Shown piece by piece: positions 13,724-27,049 of a stretch of DNA of 64,000 bases. A program made the translations under genes and the position numbers. The notes below the pieces were generated by a model. It searched no databases and was not told the DNA's origin. It was given only the letters and a program-made list of their open reading frames with translations. Source of the stretch: Negaprion brevirostris (lineage: Eukaryota). How positions within the stretch are numbered: position 1 is the stretch's first letter; every line of letters starts with the position of its first letter. Location of the stretch: positions 6,187,715 through 6,251,714 of the forward strand of contig JARDVH010000121.1 in the NCBI GenBank assembly GCA_030324005.1. The letters are read 5' to 3'.

Positions 13724-14108
13724 TGTTGTTCAACCTGCATGTTTTAATCTCTTTAATGAATAAAGATTAAAAGTGGACTTTAATTTTTTTTTCCTTTATT
13801 CTGTAGCTCCTTAAACAACAGTAAATACTTGCCATGCATAAGCCAAATACTCACTATCTGTTACTTTACTTAATTAAAGGTTGATTTCCACTTTCAATTA
13901 AAGCCTGGGCATGATTAGTTCTTTGTTCTCTTCTCCTTCCAGATGTTGTCTCTCTTTGTGAGATTTGTTCCCTGGTTCCTCATATGGCCTTCCTGAACTT
14001 GCTGTATGTGCTGGCAGAGTCAAAACTCAGAAAAGTGCTTTGGTAATCAGCCAGTGAATTGATCAGAACTCTGATTGCGTTGTTCGATTAGGCCTATCAA
14101 ATACAACA
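13724..14108 (-). mobile_element. LTR (5' LTR of the gag-bearing element)
   Basis: TG...CA termini with inverted ends TGTTGT...ACAACA, minus-strand AATAAA near 13795, immediately followed by the PBS. Confidence 0.55.
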
Positions 14109-15428
14109 ATCTTACCATTGGTCACTTCAGACCGCATCATTTGCTGCCTATTGTTTACATTGCACACCCAGCTAAGGAATACTGGCTTCCAAAAGTCTGT
14201 TCACAACTCATTCCTGCCAAGGACAAGTTGTTGAATCAGTTACCTTCTGTTCTTTGATAAATTCCAGGTCACCAGCCACAAGAAATATCACAGTGAAAAA
14301 AAAACAACTTTAGCCAAAAACCCAGGTTTGCTTGATTGAAGATCTTTCAGCGAATTAAAAGTTAAAACTCCATTGAACCACTCACACCTTAGTCAATGGA
14401 TGAATGGCTTGCCCGAGAACGAAGCCTTTAACATGCACGCCTGATACTTGTTGTGCTTTTAGAAACACCAAACCTCAGCATATATTTTCACATATCATGC
14501 TCATAGGATTCGACAGGATACATAGTGCTAGGATGGTTACACGTGTGAGGAAGACTAGACTATGGGACACAGCTTATCAATCAAAATATTGACGACCAAG
14601 TTGAGGAGATTTGCCTTCCATCAGATGATTCTTAGTCTGTGAACTTCTCTTCCACCAAAAGCATAAATAGATGGGACAANNNNNNNNNNNNNNNNNNNNN
14701 NNNNNNNNNNNNNNNNNNNNNNNNNNNNNNNNNNNNNNNNNNNNNNNNNNNNNNNNNNNNNNNNNNNNNNNNNNNNNNNTGGGACAAGGGATTAAGGCAA
14801 CATTTAAGGAATATGGAGTTCAGGCCTCTTCCAGGTCATAATCCCAGTGAGTGGAGAAGCACACTTGATAGCCATAATTACAACCTCATACTCCCGTGCT
14901 TTATGTCCCTATATTCATACAAAAATAAGGCAGTGTAAACTTTAGATATGGAGACCATGCCCCAAATTTGCTTTTAAACCATTGTTTTTCCAACATGCAA
15001 ATTATTCTCTCCTAGCTAAAAGGCAATAAAGTTTTCCCAGTGTATCCTGGACATTAGACAAACTGCTCAGTAGTTATCCCTCTTTTCATTCATCCACTCA
15101 TCTTTTATCATTCCATACTCCAAGGTGGAGTGAAGAGGCCACTGTCACCACTCTTCCCTCCATGTCCTGCCCTAAGCAAAGTTCAATCATTGCATATATT
15201 GAGGAATTCTGTAACCTACTGCTGGCCATAAATTGTCGGATTGAAAGGTGATAATAACTACGTTTGTCAGTAACATTAATTAATTTTAGTCTCCATGGAC
15301 TATAATTGTGTCACTGGAGGTTCCCAGACTCATTAATAAGGGGCTGCTTTCAGGGTGTTGTGCCGTTGTGTCAGTGGGAGCAGCAGCTCCAGCAACAATA
15401 CAGATCAGAAGCCGAGATATAGTGGAAC

Positions 15429-15603
15429 ATGAGAGATCCGAATTTGAGAACAATAGGATGGAATGGTACGACAATGGAAAGGGGGCTATCATTTTGGTAC
15501 GACCGTCTTACAAAACCTTATCGCTGGACATGGCTGACCTATTATGCACTTCGGTTGATTCAATTCTTTTATTACCCCATCCTTGCTTTTGTTGGTGTCC
15601 CAG
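15429..15603 (+). CDS. GPR139-like GPCR, exon 1 (N-terminus and start of TM1)
   Basis: ATG 15429; MRDPNLRTIGWNGT...LIQFFYYPILAFVGVP; NGT sequon; donor CCAG|GTAAGA, phase 1. Confidence 0.85.
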
Positions 15604-16200
15604 GTAAGACTCTGTAACCACCATTTAAGCCAGTTTTAAGTATCAATTTTCCAATCTTTATCCTTCCCTCCTGGTTGTTTTTGCTTTTCATACTCATTTG
15701 CTTTACCCATCAAAGGGATGCTTCAAGTTGAAGATATGCTGGAGTAAGTCACTACATGCACAATTAGAAGTTTTGTGTGGTGACTTTTGCACTGACTTGT
15801 TTTTCTCTAACTTAAATTTTGATTAATTTTCACCTTTGGACACAGATCGTTGAAGATCCAATTGAGTTAATTAGGCTGATAACAGAGTCTACCTTAGAGC
15901 GGTAGATATCTGCCAATCAGCAAGGGGCAGTTGGTTCAAAACACATTATTACTGTAACAAGAATTAATGATAACCATGAGTTATATTCTAAATATAAGGA
16001 GGTAGATTTGTGATTTTTATTTCAAAAGGCACAGCGTAGGTTGAAGCACATAATGGAGAATGTATTGGGAGGAATCGTATATAACACATCGTTTGATGTT
16101 TGGCTCGGTTAGATATTATTTTGTGGGAACAAATGATCAAATGCACAATGCTGTACATTCTGCTGTAAGGAGGACCCTTTGAAATGTCATAATCTAGGCA

Positions 16201-16328
16201 TTTTCCAGGCTTAAATGTCATTGATATGACAGTAATACGGTACGAGTATAGAACCTGCAGGAAAGTAAACAATTTCCAGGCTTAAATGTCACTGATGTGT
16301 CAGGGATAAGATACGTGTATAGAACTTA
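16201..16328 (+). repeat. tandem duplication, about 71-bp period
   Basis: TTTCCAGGCTTAAATGTCA..GAT.TG.CAG...TAC..GTATAGAAC occurs twice. Confidence 0.7.
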
Positions 16329-16884
16329 ATTGGTTTAATTTTGGAAGTTGCAGCAGGGCTTGATTTTTCAACAATGCATGTTCGGGGTTCTGCTCTGCCC
16401 TTGTGGGGGATACTGTCAGACATTGGACAGCAGGGCTGGGTGGGGCGGCTCGTAGGTCAGTCTTCCTGGGGAGGCTGTATTCACTACTTGTGCTATAGTG
16501 CTGGAGCTTGTGAGCTGTAGTCGTACCTGGCTTCAGTGAGTTTGTTGGTCTTTGGAGGTATCAAGTAGGGTCGTGGCTTGCAGAGTTATAGTAGCCAGGC
16601 CAGTTCAGCCTTTGGGAGAGTGGTGTCAATGGAAGTTGGGAGACGAAAATTGTGGGGTGGGTGTCGGGGACTATTCACAGTTTGGTAGTGCCCCAGGAAT
16701 GGGTGAATCCCGTGCCATGGGTGCATGGGGAGGGGAGGTGGGGGTGGTGTGGATGTGCAGAAAGGGTGACAGATGGAGGAAGGGCAGGGTTCTGAACATG
16801 ATCAAGTCTGAGAATGAGCATTTCGGCATCATTGTTGGTAATTGAATTCTTCATTTTCGAAAACATTTTGTTTGAAATTTTCTG

Positions 16885-16973
16885 TCATAAGAACATAACA
16901 TAAGAACATAAGAAATAGGAGCAGGAGTAGACCATCCAGCCCTTCGAGCCTGCCCCGCCATTCAATAAGATCA
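16885..16973 (-). mobile_element. young CR1 3' end in the GPCR intron
   Basis: Reverse complement of the 1-80 tail with (CATAAGAA)n terminal repeats. Confidence 0.85.
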
Positions 16974-17278
16974 NNNNNNNNNNNNNNNNNNNNNNNNNNN
17001 NNNNNNNNNNNNNNNNNNNNNNNNNNNNNNNNNNNNNNNNNNNNNNNNNNNNNNNNNNNNNNNNNNNNNNNNNATAATGTCATCGAGACCTTCCAGTCCT
17101 GCCACCTTCCCTTCGCTAACACCCGGCAAATTATTCACGTCCTCCTCTGTCCATTCTCATCAACAGATCACTGACTACAGCAAAAAAAAATGGCAAATCA
17201 TAATACAACTTCTGCAAAAGGGGTAATTTTGTTTTCACCCTAATGTTTAATTTCTATGTGTGTTTCCATTCCACACAG

Positions 17279-18177
17279 TAAACTCATTGACGATCAGTAT
17301 CCTTCATCGTGGCAAGTGCGGTCTCTCAAAGTGTGTCACTCGCTACCTAGTGGCCATGGCTGTGGGAGATCTACTGGTCGTTATCTTTGACCTGATTTTG
17401 AGGCAAATTCCAATAGTTTTTGATGATCAGTTTAGTTTCTTGATGTACATCCCTGTGTGCAATATCCATGCTGTCCTGCTTTATGCAGCCACTGATTGTT
17501 CTGTCTGGTTCACCGTCACCTTCACATTTGATCGCTGTGTTGCCATTTGCTGCCAGAAGCTGAAAAATAAATATTGCACTCAAAAAACTGCATCTGTGGT
17601 TCTGGGAACAGTGACTGTCCTAAGCTGTTTAAAGAATACTTTCTGGTATTTTATACTAACAGGTTGGTATTCCCTGGACAACGTCCCCTGGTTCTGTTAT
17701 GCAATCGAAAATGCTCTGGAATCTACAGTATGGGGATCAATTGAGTTCCTCCATTACATTCTAAACCCATGTGTCCCATTTGTCCTCATTCTTGTGCTCA
17801 ACTTTTTCACCATCCGATACATTCTAATCACCAGCAGTGCTCGTAGGAGACTGCGAGTGCACAAGAATGGAGAAAATCCAAGAGACCCAGAGATGGAGAG
17901 TCGGAAGAAATCCATTGTTTTATTATTTGTTTTCTCAGCAAATTTCATTCTGTTATGGTCATTGTTTATGTTTTATTCTATATGGAGGAGAATGTCATTT
18001 TTGGGCTATGAAACTATACATTTAGATTGGTTTGTGCTCGAATTAGGTCTCATGTTGCAACTCCTTAGTTGCTGCACAAACACTTGCATTTATGCAATCA
18101 CACAGTCTAAGTTTCGGGAACAAGTGAAACATGTGCTGAAATATCCCTTTGTTTCAATTTGGAGTTTAACACAGTGA
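17279..18177 (+). CDS. GPR139-like class A GPCR, exon 2 (TM1-TM7 and C-terminus); spliced product 357 aa
   Basis: Acceptor TTCCACACAG|TA restores G+TA = Val in frame; 7TM pattern with LVAMAVGDLL (TM2), SVWFTVTFTFDRCVAIC (TM3), PCVPF (TM5), CCTNTCIY (TM7); no stops. Confidence 0.92.
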
Positions 18178-19819
18178 TGAATAAAGCATTTATGTGTGCT
18201 ACCAGATGACTTTTTCATTTTTCTATGTATCTCCCGTCATCACCTTTCGTAATGTGGCTAAGAGCAAAAATGTAGAACCTTGTGCTAGCTATTCATTGGA
18301 TGGCTCCAACGGCTGCTGGGATTTGAATGGAGCTTGCAGTTGAAGTGTGGAGATCAGGTTTTTGTAGTTTGTGTGGGTGCTCATGTCATCAATAGAACTG
18401 ACAGATTATTCGTTTTGGGATTATGAACAAGGGGGGACTGATTTAGAAAGTGGCAGCTCAGGAGTAGCTAACTCTGGAGTTAATGCCTACATGACAAATA
18501 TTGTGGAGGGTATTGACACTAAAAAAAATACATGTCGTGAAGTCTGGCACCCAGAAATGGCTTTTGTTTCATGGGCACAAGCATCGGTTATGGGGATCTT
18601 AAAAGTCGTTTGACTCCAATGTCTGGAAATGTGTTGGGAGAAAAGTTCTGGTCAGTAATATAACTAAGTTGGTAGCAAGGGCTTTAAGTTAAATTGTGGG
18701 CAAAACTTGGGGAAATGCAGTATCAGAAATGTAACAATGAGATTCTAAAGGATCAGGGGGATTTAGTAATCACAGTCAGACTATCATAGGAAGAATCAGA
18801 GAACCAACTCCAAGAGTCTAATAACAGACNNNNNNNNNNNNNNNNNNNNNNNNNNNNNNNNNNNNNNNNNNNNNNNNNNNNNNNNNNNNNNNNNNNNNNN
18901 NNNNNNNNNNNNNNNNNNNNNNNNNNNNNGACGGTGTAACAGCAGAGGATGACCCGCTCAGAGCTCCGACACGTCACCTGGAGCCGTCTTCGCAGCAGTC
19001 GGCCGGCAGAGCAGCGCGACGCTGAGACAAAACAAAAATTAAATTGAAAATTAAATTAAAGTAGGCAGTGTTAAACAATTTGCATTAGAATTCGCTCATA
19101 ATTCCTAAACTATGAAAGTAATCCCTTCTTAGCACAGATAGACCTGAGTACATGTGAACTGTTTACCATCAAAGATGAATAGACATGGGTGATAAACGCT
19201 GGGACCTTAACATTGCAGCAAATATAGCATTTCTAAAACAAAGATATATGTTGGGATAACTCTGATAATGAGATATATAATTAGTGCTACATTAGGAATG
19301 AGTTTATCAATTATGAAAAAATTGTCCAGCAAATCAATGGAAGGCTAAGAAATTGAAAACATAAATTTGATTGGGATGACAACAGTCTTGGAGCTGATGT
19401 GTGACTGCCCGTCCTGAATATAAATGCTACATTTCACGGGGGGTTTCATCACAGAACACCAGCAAAATTAGAGTCAAGGGGATCCAGCAGGAATACAATC
19501 CTCAAGTTAGATTCATAGCTTTTGTAAACGTTGAGTTTGAGGTCTGTGTCCTAGTTCCAGGTCATCATAGTTGAAGTTGGTCAGGGCAGTATTCTAGGCT
19601 TGAACATCTTCGGTTCTTTTGTCTATGATCTTCTCCCACCATCATAAAGTCAGAAGTGGAGAGCTTTTCTGAAGATTGTAAGAAGTTCAGCATCATTTGT
19701 GGAACTCCTCAAATTTGAAATGGTGTATTCCAGTCTTTGTCTGATATATTACGCATAAAATTAATGCAGAGCACCTGCTAGGGGTTGATCATGTCCAAAG
19801 CAAGGGATAATAACCACTG

Positions 19820-21878
19820 CAGCTCGGTATGCCATGAAGTGAATAACTAGGGAAAGGTTAGGACCCACTATGGGCCAAATTGACAATCTGTGGCTGGAGC
19901 CAGAGGACATTCGTAGAGTGTTGAATAGTTCACTTCCCTCTTCACGCAAGAGAATGAGGACGATGAAGGATAATTCATGGATGGAGACTGTAAGGTTCTT
20001 GAACAGTTTGACTTAAGGAAGGACAACGTATGTAGGTGTTGGCAGCCTCAGAAATGGATAAATCTCCAATTTTAGATAAACTTCAATTTAGATGAACTTT
20101 TTCCTAGGCTGCTATGGGACGCAAGGGAAGAAGTTTCAAGTGAACTGGCCCAAATTTTCAATTCCTGTCTGGCCGTGGAGGAGGTGTCAGTTGACGAGAG
20201 AACAACTAATGTGGTTATTAAGAAGGGTTATAGAGATAAAAATGGGAACTGCAGATGAGGGATTGTCTCATCAGTGGTGGGAAACTATTGGTGAAGTTTC
20301 TGAAGGAGAGCATCCATCTTGTCTTGGAGAGGCAATTGTTGATCAGGAATAGTCAATGTACTTTTGTCAGAGGCAGGTCACGCCAAAAATAAATGAATAT
20401 TTAGAGGAGGTGATCAGGTGGGTAGATAAGTTTAAATTAGAGTAAAGTTTTTTTCTTATTAGCCAGTAGTAAGGCTTACATTAACACTGCAATTAAGTTA
20501 CTGTGAAATTCCCATGCTCGCCACTTTTCAACACCTGTTCAGGTCAATGTAACTAACCAGCACATCTTTCAGAATGTGAGACGAAACTGGAGCACACAGA
20601 GAAAACCTACACAGAGACGGAGAGAACGTGCAAACTGTACACAGTTAGTGACTCAAGCCAGAAATCAAACGTGTGTCCCTGGTGGGATGACCACTGTGCT
20701 ACTGTGGTAGTGCAGCCAATGTAGCTGAGTGGTCTTTAGCAAAGTCTTTGACAAGATCCTACATAAATAAGATAAATGCACATGGGATACAGATTAATTT
20801 GATAAAATGGATTCAGAATTCACTCAGTTGTAGGAGACAGAGGGTGATGACAGAAGGCTACTTTAGAGAAATAAAGCCAATGTCCAGTGATGTACCAAAA
20901 GAATCTGCTCTGGACCCCCTATTATTTGCTTTTTACAAAATTGACCTACATAACTACGTGGGAGTTGGATTAGTAAGATTGCAGATGACACAACAATTCG
21001 TCGGGTGGTTAACAGTGAGACAGAATGCCTTGGGCTATAAGAAGATATTGATGGAATGATCAAATGGCCAGATAAATGGCAGATTGAATATAACCTTGAA
21101 AACTTCTCGGGATGCACTTTGGAATGAGTATTTTGACAAGTAAGTATTCATTTAATGGTAGAACACTCGGAAGTTCTATGGAAAAAAAGGATATTGGTGT
21201 GTTTGTCCACAGCTCCCCGAAGGCAGAAGTGCATTTAGTTGGGTGGCAGAAAAGGCAGATGGGATACTTGCATTTATCAATCGAGGCATCGATTACAAAA
21301 GCAGGGCAGTCATGATGGAGCATTACAGAAATTTGGAGAGGGCCCAGCTAGAGTACTGTGTGCAGCTCTAATTGATGCGTTATCAGAAGGATATGATTGA
21401 ACTGGAGGTATTGCAGAGGAGCTTCAATATGGATGCTGCCTAGGATTGAACATTGTGTGATGAAGTTAGGTCAGGTAGGTTTGAGCTGTATTCATGGAAA
21501 TGGAAAGGTCTGAGGGGCATCCTGATCCAATGGTACAATATAATGAGCGACATGGACAGAGTCAATAAGAAACAGCTGTTCCCCTCAGTTGAAGAGTCAG
21601 TCACGAGAGGATGTTGGGTTAAATGAGGGGCAGGAGGTTTAAAGGAAATGTCAAGAAAACAACTTATACCAGAGCGTGGTGACGTTCTGCAATGCCTGTG
21701 AGTGTGATAGTGGCTTTTTGCCTCACATCATTTTAAATGTACTTGACACACCATTCCATTCAGGGCTATGGCTCCGGTGCTGGCAGAAGAGTTTATGTGC
21801 GAGTTCAGGTGATGCTTATCTGTTTCTGCAAACTCGATGGGCTGAAGGGCCTCTTCTACACTGTATGATTTTCTGATT
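19820..21878 (+). mobile_element. decayed CR1 LINE (RT to 3' end)
   Basis: KINAHGIQINLIKWIQNSLSCRRQRV, DVPKESALDPLLF, KDIGVFVH, ending ...GGCCTCTTCTACACTGTATGATT. Confidence 0.85.
20440..20710 (-). mobile_element. V-SINE nested in the CR1
   Basis: Reverse-complement SINE body (GAAACTGGAGCACAC..GGAGAGAACGTGCAAACT..CACAG); RT sequence resumes after it. Confidence 0.75.
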
Positions 21879-23039
21879 CAATGCCAAACAATTAGCATTG
21901 CCAATGTGACCCCATTATGAACACAGTGAATGCCAACATTGCTGAGAAAGAAGAATTGATATGGAGTGATCATATCAAAGCTATTGCTGCAAGAGCAGGT
22001 CGCATACTTTGACAGGTGGTTGACGTTTTGCATTTGGAATACCATCTGCAAGGCATGAATTAGGAGCCTGTATAATATGTTCCACTTACTTCCAATAGTT
22101 GCAGCATCTATATTGGAATAAAAGAAGCTTGAAAACGTGCCAGACAAAGCCAGCCACTTCTTTGCACCCCATTCAATAAGTTCATCAGTCAGTCCTCTCA
22201 CCAATTTTAAACACAATGTGCAGCATCTGCAAGAAGCATCTGGCAACATACTCATGCTCCTTCGACAGCAGCCTCCAAATCCAACAGACACAAAGGAATA
22301 CCCTCACTTGAACTCGCAAACTCCTCCCAAAACTCCAATCAACACAGGACCCTTAGTTGAAATTTCAAAGCCGCTTCTCCACCATTGCAACAATCTCCCT
22401 CCCTAACAGTCCTGTGTACTGTCACCACGATGATTGCAAGGGTTTAAGCAAACACTTGCCAACCCTTCTTATAGGGCAGATATCGATAACAAATTTTGGA
22501 TGAGTCAACAATGTCCACAACCTGCGAAATAATAAAACAGTTTTATTGTGGTACTGAATATACAGAATAATCAGAAATATATGGTGCATTTAAGCAAGTT
22601 ACTGCAATAATTATGATCAATTAATATACATGCAGATTAGAAAGGTCAGATAGGGAAAGTTAGATTGGATATTTAGTTACACATATGTAGTTGAGACGAT
22701 TTCTTATAGAACAGTTTCTAATGCAAACGAGAGACCAGCTTGATCTACACTTGGTAATGCAAAGGAAGACACGATTAATCAAGACCTTCCGAGCAAAGAT
22801 GTGTCCACGTGAAAGAATCATAATGTGATAGAATTTTGCGTTCAGTTTTTATCTGAGAAACGTGGTATTACGTCTTGTCTTTCAACCCACAATAAAGACA
22901 ATTATTACCGTGTCAAGGCATAGTAGGTTAATACTGGACTGGAAACTGGCTGAAATCTTAGGACTCTAGGGATGCAGTAGAAAACCGTTTAGAAAACATT
23001 CAATAATTCTCAGGAAAGAAATTCTCAGGGCAGAAGTCT

Positions 23040-23300
23040 GAGTAGTGTTGTAGAGCAGAAGGATCTTGGGGTCCGGGTCCACAGGACTCTTAAATCGGCC
23101 TCGNNNNNNNNNNNNNNNNNNNNNNNNNNNNNNNNNNNNNNNNNNNNNNNNNNNNNNNNNNNNNNNNNNNNNNNNNNNNNNNNNNNNNNNNNNNNNNNNN
23201 NNNGTTATAGATAGGTCTGTAGGTTGGTAGGGGTTGTTGTGAGCGGCGCAACTCGTGGGCCGAAGGGCCTGTTTGTGCTGTAGTGTTCTATGTTCTATGA
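23040..23300 (+). mobile_element. CR1 fragment and 3' tail around a gap
   Basis: GAGCAGAAGGATCTTGGGGTCCGGGTCCAC (EQKDLGVRVH) and tail GGGCCGAAGGGCCTG...TTCTATGTTCTATG. Confidence 0.8.
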
Positions 23301-23819
23301 AAGATCTTTCCGGTGAGAAAGAAAGAGAACGGGAGGCAATGGAGGTGCATAGTAAATTTAACAATTGGTGTGTTGATGGGAGATGTTGGAGGCAGCCAAA
23401 TTAATACCGGATTTCAACGTCGTATACTCTGAAATTTCGAATGTTAGTCAGTGGTTTGATCGACATTGTCAAGATATTCAGGGGTATTGACTGAATTTAA
23501 AATATTGATTGTTTTGTTGGAGGCATAGCCAAAGGGTTTTCGACATTCATTAATTCAATAAGGACATTCAATAATAAGATTTAAATAATTTGCATGCAGA
23601 CTTAAAGTTTCATCCCCCAGATTCTTTCAAGTTTTCTCGCTTCCTGAATCTTTTCCCATTTTTCCAGGAAGTGGAAGTGCGCATTCTTCCAATCAGGTTT
23701 CTGCCCCAGTACATTACTAAAACGAGACTGATCAAAGTGTCAAGTTAAATCATGAAGGCCTTTTACAAAGCAAAAGCTATTATTCAATGTTCATGTTGTC
23801 CCGCATATTGTCTGTGGTA

Positions 23820-25200
23820 CAGACTAATGACGTAACAGCCTGACATAGTCATTCTCACGGAATCATACCTTACAGATAATACCCGAGACACCGTCATTGC
23901 CATCTATAGGTATGTGCTGTCCCAACGGCAGGACAGGCCGAACAAAGGTGGCGACACAATGGTATACAGTTGGGAGGGAATTGCCCTCGGATTCCTTAAC
24001 ATCGAACCTGAGCCGTATGAAGTCTCATGGCTTCAGGTAAAATATGGTAAGGAGACCTCTTACTGGTTAGCATGTGCTATCCTCCTTCAGCTGATGAATC
24101 AGCACTACTGCATCCTGAACAATACTTGGAGGAAGCAACGAGGGTGGCATGGGCACAAAATGTACTCTGGGTGGAGGATTTAAATGTCCACGCCAAGAGT
24201 GGCTGGGCAACAACACTACTGATTGAGCTGGTTGGGTCCAAAAAGATATAACTAATAGACAAAGTCTGCAGCAAGTGATGAAGGAGCCAACAAGAGGAAA
24301 ACATCTGCCGACGGCAGATGCATCTGTCCATTGCAGCATTGGTGAAAGTGACCACTGCACAGTTCTTGCAGAGACAGTGTTTCACCTTCACACTGAGAAT
24401 AACCTCTTTCGTGTTGGGTGGCACTATCACCATGATAAATGGGGCAGATATCCAACTGATCTAGCAGATCAAGACTAGGCATCCATAAGGCATTGCGGGT
24501 TACCGTCAGCAGCAGATTTGTACCCCAGCACAAGGTGCAAACTCATAGCACCACATATCCCTCACTCAACCATTACCATCAAGCCCTGAGGTCATCACTA
24601 GTTCTACGGAGAGTTCAGGAGGCAGGGACATGCCAAGGGCAGCACCAGGCATAATGAAAAATGATGTGTCAACCTGGTAAAGCTACCAAATAGGACTACT
24701 TGCATGCTAAACGGCAAAAAACAGCAAGTGGCAGACAACAGTAAGCGATCCCACAACCAACGGATCAGATCCAAGATCTGCAGTCCTTCAACACCTATTG
24801 TGATTGGTGATGGACAATTAAACAACTCACTGCAGGAAGAGGCTTCACAAATACCCTCAACCTCAACGATGGAGGAATCCAACACAGCAGTTCAAATGAT
24901 AAGACTAAAGTATTCTCATCAACCTTCAGCCAGGAATGCCACGTGGATGATCCATCTCAGCCTCTCCCAGTGGTCGACCCCATCTCAGGTGCCAGTCTCC
25001 AACCAATTTGATTATTTCTACGTGATATCAAGAACTGGTTGGCGGTGTTGGATACCACAGAGGCAAGGGGCCCTGATAAAACACCAGCAACTTGCCACTT
25101 CCCTAGACAAGCTCTTCCAATACAGTTACAACATTGGCATCTACCCAAAAATGTGAAACATTGCCCAGGCATGTTCTGTAAACAAAAAAGCAGGGCAAAC
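23820..25200 (+). mobile_element. decayed CR1/L2-group LINE ORF2 5' half (APE endonuclease)
   Basis: QPDIVILTESYL, VLSQRQDRPNKGGDT, DLNVH..EWLG, SDHCTVL endonuclease motifs; frameshifted. Confidence 0.75.
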
Positions 25201-26759
25201 CCAACCCAGCTAATTATCTCCAACTGTTCATACTTTATATTAATGATTTGGAACACGGTACTGAAAGCACCTGATTTAGTTAGAAGACGGGAGCAATTGA
25301 TGAGGCAACAGATAATTGATCTGTTTTGAATTATATGCGTCACACTGCATTGGAGAAGTCCTGTCACTCTAACTCAGAGCTGCCTTGACCTTTTGATGTT
25401 TTCTCTATTGGCAGCTGGTCTAAAAAAGTTACATCTTTAAACTGAGACAATGACTTTGTGAATTTTGTATTGTGTGAATTTCTGACGGTACTGGCCATCT
25501 CAGAAACGCCACCAGATCTGTGGGAAGTGCTGGTAGGCCAACAAGGATAGATTTGCTGCTGGTAACATGGCTATGGTTAGGGCTGTGAACGTTGCGAATT
25601 CAGGACAAGTGTGCACCTACTATTGCAGTTTTGAGGAGGTCGTTAATTTTCTTCCTACATTGCATTGCTTTCCTTCTAGGTCACCTGTTGCTGCTGAAAG
25701 CCTTCTCCTCTGAGCATTCTGCCGTGATATTTTCAGATAGTCTATTGCATACACTGGGAAAGAGGGTGGCTCTTGTCACATTGATTGCGTCCAATACCCG
25801 GTCCAGCTCCATTTAGAAGGAGCGTGGGACTGATCTCCTCCGGTTTTTATTTTCTATACCTTTCATGTTTTTTTTAAAAGAAAACTGGATATGTTTTGAA
25901 TGCCACCATCCCCTTAGAGGAACCTGTTGACTATGAAGTTTTACTACTTCACTTTTAAATAACTTCCGCTTTTTAAATACACATTTAACTGCAATTGGTT
26001 GCTCGTAATTTGTGTTTGCGAAGTCCTGTCTATTGATGTTGAAATCGGGCTGCCCCCAATTTAGGCATTTGGTTTTGGAATATCCTTTCCAGTTCTATGA
26101 TAACTTCGCAGATTTATGGTCACTATTCGTAAACTGATTAGCCGCGACCACTTCAAAACTTGCCTTTAATCACTTCCTTACATTTGGTCAAGTACTGCCT
26201 CATCCTAAGGAGGACAACTTACGTAGAGACACAAATGGCTCTCCTTTAAAAATAAACAGCACATCCAAATCTATCGCACAAAGGGGATTCCAGTCAAGGT
26301 GATGAAGTTTACCTACTCGACCACGACAACCCTATTCCCCTCACACTTCTCTTTTCCGTACGTAGCCGTTCGTCAATCTCCTTCCGACTGTCGTGAGGCC
26401 TGTCCAATAAACACAGCTGAGATACAATTCTTTTTATTGCTACACTCCACTCATTTAGCCTGGTGTGAAGAGCTGTTTAACACGCTGTCCCTCATTCCAC
26501 AGCAATAATTTCCTTTATCGATAACACAATGCCTCCTCCTCTCTCATATCGCAGTCTCCACCCCCGCCACATCAAGCCACAACCTTTATTTTCTAAGGTG
26601 ATGCGTTTATCTTTTATCTTATTCTGCTGATTTTCGTTTTTTGGATTGTGCATGTACTACGCTGAAGATTGTTATGGAAATAACATTTTTGTGATCCAAG
26701 ATCGCAACTGGAAACTTTTTAGTCGAATAATTCAACTATGGATGCAATTCATATGAACC

Positions 26760-27020
26760 TTAGTAGTACTTTGGCAAGGTCGCACCTGCCATGCTAGTAA
26801 ATAATCTAACATCACTTGGAATTCGTGGTGGGTTGGCGAGATGAATGCAGAACTGGTTTGGTCATAGATGACAACGAGCTCTCGTGGAAGGATGTTTTTG
26901 AGAATAGAGATCTGTAGCTAGTGGGTGTTACAGTGATTAGTGTTGGAATATCAATTGCTTGTACTATATATAATGATCTGGAAGGAAATGTGTGGTCTGA
27001 TTAGTAAGTTTATGTATGAA
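26760..27020 (+). mobile_element. old CR1 RT fragment
   Basis: TTTGGCAAGGTC..C, GGAATTCGTGGTGGGTTGGC..ATG.ATGCAGAACTGG, ATAAATGATCTGGA, AGTAAGTTT motifs. Confidence 0.6.
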
Positions 27021-27049
27021 TAGCCTTCGCTATTCCACTGCAGTATGCC

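Noticed and set aside
17260-17278. ORF-track start (GTG) of the GPCR
   Set aside because: Lies in the intron's pyrimidine tract; the true start is in exon 1 at 15429
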